Positions 13,101 through 23,000 of a DNA stretch of 64,000 nt are shown piece after piece. Position 1 is the first letter of the stretch; each line of letters opens with the position of its first letter. The notes below the pieces were generated by a model. The model saw only the letters and a list, made by a program, of their open reading frames with translations, searched no databases and had not been told where the DNA came from. Source of the DNA: Bugula neritina (taxonomy: Eukaryota > Animalia > Bryozoa); contig OZ037767.1 of assembly GCA_964035545.1 (NCBI GenBank), positions 12,571,801 through 12,635,800 of the forward strand. The letters run 5' to 3'. Position numbers and translations under genes: made by a program.

Positions 13101-14130
13101 ATAAGTGATATGAATTGTTTCTTATATTATATAATAATTATACTGGTTTGTGTCCAAATTTAGTTTTGACAAATTGCAGTTTTGATAAAAATTTAATGAG
13201 AGATTTATTTCTGAACAGATAATGCATGTTGAGGTTTTTCAGTAGAAGCTAATATAATTGCCTTTTTCCAATTAGCTATTTAATCTACAAACAATTTCAT
13301 TATAGGACTGTAGAAAACCTTAAAGCTTTTTTAGAGCGCTAATTTCTTAAAATTACTTTTACAAGTTTTATTATTTAGTAAACAAACATTTTTCTATAAA
13401 ATTTCAAAGCTAATGTTATTGCATGTGCAAATAGGCTAGATTAGAGTTTCACATAAATATTCATGTTGCACTTCAATTGACCCTTCAAAGTTTTTACCAC
13501 CACATAAACAACTCTATCTAATGGAAATAGTGTGTTATTGAAGTAAATTTCTATCTTAACAAATGCAATAGGCTTATAGAAAGATAGGAAATGTAATATG
13601 TTTACCAACCTGTTGGGAGGTGAGTTTTCTTTTGCCAAAGGTAATTTTACGAGGCCATAACTCCCAACGTAACTAAATAGCAGAGATATAATTGTTGATG
13701 AAAGCACAACTCTCTCCACTGTAAAATACATTCAGAAACTAATAAATAAAGATTTTACACTATAGCTGAATTTTTATTACTATAGAACAAAAATACATAT
13801 ATCACTTAGAAGAAGTTAATACTTTTTTTTAAATTGTACTATTTTTACAAAATTTAAAAGAGGATTGTTTATAGAAAGTAATTTTTAAACAATTTATATT
13901 TTATATATAGTTTTTGCTATATATATATATATATATGATGTTATGTGATTTAAAAAAAACTCTAATATAATACTGTCAAGCATATAGTAATATGCTTGTT
14001 ACGTTGTACAAAACATCCAACCCTATGATTACTACAATGTAACTGCAAATTATATAAATTTTGGTCGTATTTCAATATTCAACAAACTATAATAACTTTG
14101 CTTACTGCTTATAAAAGCTGTCTTCTCCAT
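10105..14130 (-). CDS. Putative secreted precursor, 218 aa; candidate long-chain four-helix (IL-6/G-CSF/Upd-like) cytokine
   Basis: Exons 14130-14106, 13718-13610, 12742-12607, 12005-11928, 10978-10775, 10209-10105 all have YAG/GT boundaries, intron phases 1,2,0,0,0, and join into one open 657-nt frame: MEKTAFISMERVVLSSTIISLLFSYVGSYGLVKLPLAKENSPPNRYSRVSSSILGRVRR-HSSDSSYEQWLQLASHFAQINSRIDDSIEAYKYYLDRLHTQVESQSVVPCSNYVAITYNETLLRDQLASYYCNINMSHHMSVSSRIYSEVISSTKEKLLVSILEAICQLSHPPCHLTCTTAHIAQSWRRQHIFQGYNRILYPLKRTLFCVLRNRSTANK. The gene itself is well supported; the cytokine identity is inference. Confidence 0.8.
10448..10525 (-). mobile_element. tRNA-derived SINE-like head / tRNA-like pseudogene (same family as 41527-41600)
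   Basis: Minus strand TAGTAGCCCCTGTACTGTAACAGTTAGTACGCCAGATTGCAAG...GGTTCAAACCC: A-box-like and B-box-like motifs; aligns by eye with the 41.5-kb copy. Confidence 0.55.
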
Positions 14131-14151
14131 GACTATAAGATATCTTCCGTC

Positions 14152-14188
14152 AACTAATCATCTTACCGCTATGTTGCTCATATTTATA
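14152..14188 (-). promoter_or_regulatory. TATA box and initiator-like core promoter of the cytokine-like gene
   Basis: Minus strand TATAAA (14188-14183), TTAGTT Inr-like motif ~33 nt downstream, ATG at 14130 about 25 nt further. Confidence 0.55.
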
Positions 14189-15695
14189 GCTGAACATGTT
14201 ACGGTGTGAATTCAGTTCAAGTGTGAAATTTTAATGAATATTGACACTATTTTTTATTGGAGTAATTTGAAATAATATTATATTACACTCTTTCCACCTA
14301 CTTTTGACACTTGGCTTTATTTTTAGAATCAACTTTCAATATGAGATGCCACGCTGAAAGTCCTTAGAACCAGGCATCATGTACCAATGTACCTGACAGG
14401 TATGTCTTGCATAACAAACCATTTTGTGGAGCAACTCAATCACTTTTAAGCGTTTCCCAATAATAATTCATAATAATTGTTTCTCCATTAATTCCTGTAG
14501 CTGTTGTGTAGAAAACATATAAAATCCTAAGCATATGCAATCTTAAACTTTTCCTAAAAATAATCAATAAAAATTATTTCTCTATCAATGTTTTGTAGCT
14601 GTTTGGTAAAAATATATACAATGTTTTCAAATTTTGCTAATTATAACAAGTATTTGAAAACAAATTTTTAGTGCAAAAAACTGCATTTAATTAAACAATT
14701 AAAGCTTCCTTCACTTTGTAATAGTAGTCTACAATATCTTGCAACAAATAATCATTTTACATAACTATGCTGTTTATGATAATCATTTATTCAAATATTA
14801 ATATATTTACAAAAAAAGCATTGGCTGGGAAATTATAAGCCCTGAAAATTTGCTGCCAACTAAATAGAACATTCCATATTTGAATGCAACAAATGGTCTT
14901 GGGGTTATTATTATAGCTAGCTCGGGCAAAACTTAGCAATAACTCTTTTTCTAGATTACTGCTATGAGGCCTACTGCTATGTGAATCCCTTAACATTTTA
15001 AAGGCTCAAGGCACCTAAAATAGTATAACATTCTTCAACCAAATCTAGTGCACATTCAGGAAATGACACAATATGTTACAGAAGCATATATGGCATATGT
15101 AGCCTTTTTTCGACATAGTATAATATATAGGACTATATTATATTTGTACAATACTTAAACATAAATAAATCTAGCATATCACTCAATACCATGGCATAGC
15201 TTAAAATAATTCAGCATTCAAGATGAAATGATGTACATTTGATATATTTATATTTTATTTGTACATTTATAATACAATGTACCATAATATAATACAATGT
15301 AATATTATACAATAGAATATAAAATAATGCACTATATAATTTTTTTTCTCTGCGTTATATGTAACATATGTGCTGCACTACTAAACATTAATTTTTCTCT
15401 AATTTATGTAACCAATTCTGTAATTTTGCAGAAATCTCATTTTATATCCTTCTACTACAATAAAACTTTTTTTTAGTAATTTCTACTCAAATAAGTAATG
15501 TAAAATGTGTTTAAATTTTGAGCTTTTCCTTGTAATATTTTGTCATAGATTTATTATTTGTACATTAAATGAACGAAACTTATAATTCTTTGTATTTTCT
15601 TTCAGGTATTAGATTTTTAAAGTAAATAATTAGTGTAAAGTTTATATAGCAATATTGCTCAATTGTATTCCAGATTTTATTGTACAGCTTATATA

Positions 15696-16718
15696 GTGAG
15701 GGTGGGGCTATAAGTTGACTAAAATAACGCATTTTTTAGTGTATAAGTTTTGAAGAAAGTTTTTGCCAACCTAAAGACTAACACTATCAAAGTCAGTCAT
15801 ACATGTTGCTGTCTTTGACCATAAAAACTAAGTGAATAAACATTTTACACTTGGTAGAGAAATTTTTTGCCAGTAAGTTAATTTGGGCACAACTCGGGCG
15901 ACAATTTAGCCGCCTTGGAAAAGTTGAACCAGTACCATTTATTTTATAATGTAAGTTATTTTAACTGTTTTGTGAGCTGAAAAACAATTTATTGAAGATT
16001 ACCAATAAAAAACATTAAAAATAAAAATAAATTGGCATAAACCAATACCAGAAACACTTTTCATTTGATATGTAAACCATTTAATATCTCAAAGATAATG
16101 AATGGTTACATTAATGACACACTGCAAACTGATAGGAGAGCTTTCAAAAGTTGTTTTTTTTTTGTAATTCATTCTTAAACGTATGCCATATGACATCACG
16201 TAATACATGGTATGGTTGAGCATAACCAGCTTTTTTAGATGACTGCATTTTGAGAGCTTTCAACAATGACACATGGTTTACGCCACTGCCTTGCTTTACC
16301 ATATTCATTGCTGTAGATTTAAGCCTTCCTTATAATCTGTTCCCCTAATAGCTTTTCTTTCCTAATTTTGCACCATTCTGAGAAAATTGGCAGAGTAATT
16401 TAATTACACTGTTAATCTACATTTTCATTTGTTCTAAGACTAAATGTTTATGTTTGGATTTACATATTAATGGCAGAAAAATTTTAATTAGGAAAAATAT
16501 TAATTTAATTTTGCAAGACTCCGTGTGCCCAATTTTAATAAACATATTATAGTGAAAGTAATAAGTAGAGCATGTTTATCTAGTTCAACACTCCCCACAT
16601 TCTATGTGCATGGTTTAACTAGCCCAACCTAAGCAAATTAGGAGGTAAAATAGTGCAATGATTTAAAAGAGGAAATTTAGAGCATGTGCATGGTTCAACT
16701 TATGGCCCCACTTTTCCC
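15696..16718 (-). mobile_element. Decayed pogo/Tc1-mariner-like DNA transposon derivative
   Basis: TA-flanked imperfect TIRs (GTGAGGGTGGGGCTATAAGTTGA / TCAACTTATGGCCCCACTTTTCCC) and internal AAGTTGAACCA repeats. From 16376 the minus strand reads MVQN*ERKAIRGTDYKE, then after a frameshift LKSTAMNMVKQGSGV, reminiscent of a pogo-type transposase N-terminus. Confidence 0.6.
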
Positions 16719-19700
16719 TATATTCTTTATCACACATTGATTTGAATTAAAGTAGGTTTCACATAATAAAACAGTAGTTTGTAGTAAAATGTGTAAATTT
16801 TATATTTATTTAAGATACTAATAAATTTACGAAATTTTAAAAGCAATACTCCATATACAAAATATGTTATTTATATACAAATTATAATGGAATCATTACT
16901 TTCATGTATTAATTTTATTTTTTTAGCATGTAACAATTATAACCTCTCATCTATTTATAGAATATAAAGCAATAGCTACAATTGTTACTCACAAGAGTGA
17001 AACTTAGAACACGTCACAAGAGTTACACAACTCTAGTATGAGCTGCAGAAATGCTGCTGCTGCCGAATTTTTCAAGCAATGCAATACCAGCAGCTATAAA
17101 TTTAGAGAGTTCTTGGAAAACAATTCAATTAATGAGTTTGAGGTGAGGAACAGGTGGTCACCTATTATTAATTTTTTCTGGCAGTGATTCAAACTCCAGT
17201 TCAAGGAATTATATATATTTTTATGGCCTTAGCGCAGTTTACCGAGCTGCTTAAATAAGACAGACTAATTCAAAAGCATTTTAGTTATATAATTATGTTG
17301 AGATTTTCACTCTGATTACGCATTACATGTATAGATTATTTATACGTTGTTGTCAAAATACTTTATTAAATCAAAAAAATAGTGACATTAACACTATTAT
17401 AAAGAAAATTAAAGGCTTAGGCTGTTTTGCAAAGCTAATTTGCAATCAGCTCCATATAAATATTGCATGACAGCACACCTTTTTGGTTGCTACAAGTTGC
17501 TAGAAATAAGACAGATTCTATTTGAGGTCCAAATAGAAGAAGTATGTTTTAAAACTAAATTATGGATATACTTGAATTACTAATAATTGTATTAACTGAC
17601 TGAAAAGTTTTCTTTAAACAATGCTACTTCTTTATGTTACTAATTCTTATATAGTATAATTCCTAATTTATACATATTAGCATATTTTGCAGATGGCCAG
17701 ATTACTAAGATACAAACCTAGCACACTTTTGCTTTGTACTTTTTACATCCCTCCATCTTATGGCATCATTGAAATATTTATATATATTGGTAATCACTTC
17801 GTTCGCAATATCGTATATATGTTTTATAGCTTGAAGCTCTTCTAATTTGTCCAAAAAAAAATTATTTTGACACTTAAATAATAAATGCCCTCAAAATATA
17901 ATGTAAAAGTTAAGCTAAGGAGGCATGCTTATGCAAGGAATATGAATTATCAGTATATAATAGCAACCTTATTATTGCAAGAGTATGTTCTAAATCATTA
18001 TCCATAATATCTATTTTTTCTCTCTTTTAATTTTATTAGAAGTTGCATAAATAGTAACAAGCAATTTTTATCAGTTTCAATTGGTATTTTTGCTACACCC
18101 ATCATAATCGTTTTAGTTGGGTCTGTAATTGCATCTACTTTGTAGTTTATCCTTTGTAAGTTGAAATATTCTTATAATGATGATTATGGGGTAATTAATT
18201 ACCTATCAGGCTAGACAAGCTGTTGTTGCGGAGTTATGCTCTTGTTGTAGTCTATTTTTGGTGTGATTTCACAGATGTATGAAAAATGCCCTCACTGTAT
18301 GATCTCAGATCACTACACCGATTAATGTTACATCATTTTTACACTTCCGCTCGCCCTGTTGCCAAGTTTAAAAAGGAGTTGACGGTCTGTGGATTGTGCT
18401 TCTTTTGCAATAAAATCTTTGTCACTACGCTTTTGTGCACTGATTTTTATTTACACTGTTAACTTGCTCTACTTTTTTTTTGGTTAGATTGGATTCACAT
18501 TAAGTTTGACATTGTGAATATCATACACAACATGTACTTGTAGCCTATGTGAAAGAAATCACTAATCAATTTATCAAAATGAAAATGAAAAAGTTAAAGT
18601 GAAAATTGATCATTTATTTTTGAATTATTAATATTAATAATACTAAAATTATAAAATTAAGTATCAGCATAATTTATAACTAATACTGTAGAGTGTAGTG
18701 TAACTCAATATAGATATGCGTATGACTATGACTATTAGTATCAAGATTCAATATAATTATTATATTTATAATACAATCATACACACACTCACAGTCACAC
18801 AGTGTTAGTGACACTGTGACTTGGACTGTTACACTAACAGTAAGACTAAGTGTAACTGTAAGTGAGTAACAGTAACTGCGACTCAAACTGAGTGAGTGAT
18901 CGATTCTGATAGTGATTGTGATGCAGTTACACTTACCGCTTAGTCTTACGTCTTACAGTTTGTGTTACAGTAAGTGTAACTGTAGGTCAATCCAATAGTA
19001 ACAGTAAATAGATTTTTTAGTTTTGCAATTTATCAATTTATGATTTTTTGTTTTTGATTAATTTTAAAAATTAATTCACATTCAGTGACTGACATTTAAT
19101 TACAAGTTCTTTTTCAAATTCCTAAATATTTGTTGAATTTGTAGCCTAAACATATTGATCATACTAGACTTCTAATATTTGATCAATTACTATTTGCTTA
19201 ACTATATAATAAAACTGTAAAAAGCTGATATTATTATTATTACATGCAATGAACAATAAAGCAACATTATATAGGTGTAATATCATAAGCCTAAGTTGGT
19301 CATTTACTTGTAATAATTTTGCTGAATCTATCACTAAAAGTCTGAGTCAAGTCTATTTGAGTTCTTTAAATTCCTTAGCATGAGTTGGCTTGTTTAAATC
19401 ACTGACTTGACTTGATTTACTCAAATAATCAACTTGACTTGAAAATATGTTAATAACTTGCTTCAAGTTCATAGAATTTTCATAATTTTAAGTATCAAGT
19501 TGTCTAGCTTAGTAGTGTTTAATATTTGAAGTGATTGTTCAGATTAAGTTGGTAAATTGTAATGATTGAATAGTGTTTTCATAATGATAGCACCAATCAT
19601 CTCTAATTTCAGGGCAGTTAGATAGTTTTAATGCAATTGTAATATATTTACAGTAGTTATTGTTTATTTCATTGTTCATAAAATATAGATAGATAATAAT

Positions 19701-20056
19701 TCGTGATCAAATATGTACTAATGGAACCCTGGTCTTTATGTGTAATGGATACTAGAATACACTAACTTTTTCTCTAATTTTTTGAGAATATTTTCAATTG
19801 AGCCATATGGTTAAAAATTTACTTTTTATCATTTGCTTTGAGACATCACAAGCTATTTTTCCAACTATGGCATACTTATGATAATGCTTATGCTTATGAT
19901 AATATTTTAGTTAATTTTGGTTATTATTGAAATTGCAGTCAACAATTTTATATACAAATCTTTTAACAAACTTTAAAAACTAGCTACTTATTTAAAAAGA
20001 AGTTGTGTTTTGTTGAATTTTATAGATCAAAGTTCACATTTTCATAGTTGACCACG

Positions 20057-23000
20057 ATGTCATCAGATGGGCCGAGTGAGGCAAAGCGGCCAGCCTTGCA
20101 AGCGGCGTCTGTGCGCACTAAAGGCACAAAGAGAAAACAGCCTGCGGTATACAGCGGCAGCAAAGACAGCTGTTTGGGCAGAGATTCCGGCATCACATGC
20201 CCCATCTGCTTCAACATCATCGAGTCAGCGTACATGACTGAATGTGGTCACAGCTTTTGTCAAAAATGCATTGAGGCCAGTTTGGATAAACGCAACCAGT
20301 GCCCAAAGTGCAACTTCACCTTACAGCCAGACCGTCTCTACCCTAACTTCACACTCAACGAGGTTATTCTAAAACATAAACAGAAAGTTTCAAACAGTAA
20401 CCTCCTTGTCTCCAGCTCCAGTCTGAGTGTTAGCAGCGTTGTGGACAGCTTGCTGAATGATGAGCTAGATAATAAGATCAGTTACCAGAACGTTAGTTCT
20501 ATTATTAGTATTCTCGAACAGAAGAGAAAGCGTCTTCTACTTGAAACGGAAATCGGCCATGTTAATTTGACTCTCGACTTTCTAAACCAAATGAAGTCTC
20601 TAAAGGAAACAAAGTTGCAAATGCTACAGCAGGAAATTTCATTGATCTCAAATGACGTGGACACAGTGAGTGTATATTTTATTGCAAGACATCAAATGAC
20701 TTTGTAAACATGAAAACTCTGTTGCTCATCTCCACTTGTCTACTTATAAATTTATTTTAATTGATTTCATGATACCCTCAGTGATACTGGATTTTGTGTT
20801 CAATATGAACAATGACAAGATTTAATCTTTTCATATTAAAATTTAGTAATGGCTGAAATCATATCAGTATGTTTCACAGACTAGTAAACCATGCATGCTC
20901 GGTGGTGTCTAGTTTTAGCAGTTGACTTTGAATACTGAGATAACGAATTCATTTTCTGATTCGTTACGTATTCCCAATGATGTCTTCATCTCCTGTTTAT
21001 CCTCTACAGGTGAAAGACAAGGCAGCCTGTCTCAGTCAGCAATTCACCATTGCCCCGTCTTCCTCTCTAACCAACGGGGAGGTGTCCAAAGAGCCAGTAA
21101 CAGATGCTGCCATCCGACAGCGTATTGACCTCCACTCTAATGATCTCCAAGACTACTACTTCTCTATACGCAGCAAAGCTATGATCGGTGATGCCTCGGA
21201 TGACGGCAGCTTAGATGACTTCACCTCTGGTCAGTGTTTACTGTAGCTGTCGGCTGCCAAACTTGTGTGGCAGCATCATGAGTCATCGCATTGGTTTTTT
21301 GTTATTTTCATGTTTGACATTTCTGCCATATAAAAGATGTTGTGACATTTTTTTGCTTTGCAGCGATCTTTCTTGTTGGGTAGTTTACTGAATGAAAACA
21401 TAAATTATATCAGAAAGATGACATTATATTACTAATTCTACTGTATATTACAGAGTATACACTCTATTACTAATTCTACTGTATATTACAGAGTATACAC
21501 TCTATTACTAATTCTACTGTATATTACAGAGTATACACTCTATTACTAATTCTACTGTATATTACAGAGTATACACTCTATTACTAATTCTACTGTATAT
21601 TACAGAGTATACACTCTATTACTAATTCTACTGTATATTACAGAGTATACACTCCATTACTAATTCTACTGTACATTACAGAGTATACACTCTATTACTA
21701 ATTCTACTGTATATCACAGAGTATACACTCTATTACTAATTCTACTGTACATTACAGAGTATACACTCTATTACTAATTCTACTGTATATTACATATTGC
21801 AGCCCTCTCTAAGTTTGTGAAGTATAAAGAATTCCGTCAACTCGCCACTCTCAACTACACTAGTGACATGTACAACATGTACAGCATTGTGTCCAGTATT
21901 GAGTTTGATAAAGACTCGGACTACTTCGCTATTGCCGGAGTTACTAAGAAAATAAAGGTGAGGGCATATACACTACCCTGTGTCATGTTTATCATGTCTT
22001 TCGGGGATTTTATATTGTATTCTGATAATATATGCTATGATCTTATACTACAATCTTTATATATAAATAATTGTATAATATTATATCTATTGGGATTCAA
22101 ACCTCTTGTTTACCAAGCTAGTGCTCTAACCTTTATAGCCTGGCCACACGATCATGAGAATCACAGGAAATCGTCTATTTGACACCAAAAAATTATTCGT
22201 ACGAAAAAGGTTGAGGGAATTCAAACAAAGTCGTCATCGTTGGGTGTACACAACGATGACGATGGACGAAAAATCACAATCGACGATGAATACCATTTGA
22301 TTGGTCAATAGATTTTTAGCAACAGTAATCATTTCATTTCTACCACGTTTCTCTATTTGACAATTTTTTGCTGTTTGTACCTCACAGACTATTTATTATG
22401 TGTTTCCTCCGACGAGTGTGTGGCTGGTCAAAACAAGAGGATAACTCACGAAAATCGTCACACGATTTCAAAAGATTCTCACGATCGTGAGGCCAGGCCT
22501 TTAAACTACGGCTACTACATCTAATAAATTGCCTGCAGTATAAATATTATATAACACTGTACTATATTACAGTACAACAATATTATGTACATATGTTTAT
22601 TATCTTAAAGAAATATATGATGATATACAATGTGTGTAGTAACAGAGGGCTGCTAACCTAGTCAAGTTTTAAAGGAGATTAAGGAAGCTCTAGTAACATT
22701 ATATATTCAACTGTTGTTCCTGGTAGCGCCATGCACTTGCAGTAGGATGTTCAGATAAACAATCTGATGTCTATTGTTGTAATTAGAAGTTGTTTCCTCC
22801 CAACACATGTGCTGATGCAATGGCAGAGTTATGAGGTTGTGGTGTGTTAAGTACACCTTGTGTTGAAGATGTTTCTATAGGCTGTGATATGAGTCACTTC
22901 CAATACTGCTTTAAATGTATATATATAGGATATCATGTTACTAGTTAATATGTTAAGTGGTTAGAGTATAGTAGTTCTACCATGATTAATATACTTCACC

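Noticed and set aside
17038-17142. Plus-strand ATG mini-exon (MSCRNAAAAEFF...) ending at GAG|GTGAGG
   Set aside because: No partner exon or recognisable similarity found.
21427-21794. CRISPR-like appearance of this and other regular arrays (25537, 41658, 44894, 55528)
   Set aside because: Head-to-tail units without unique spacers, eukaryotic intron context, no cas genes.
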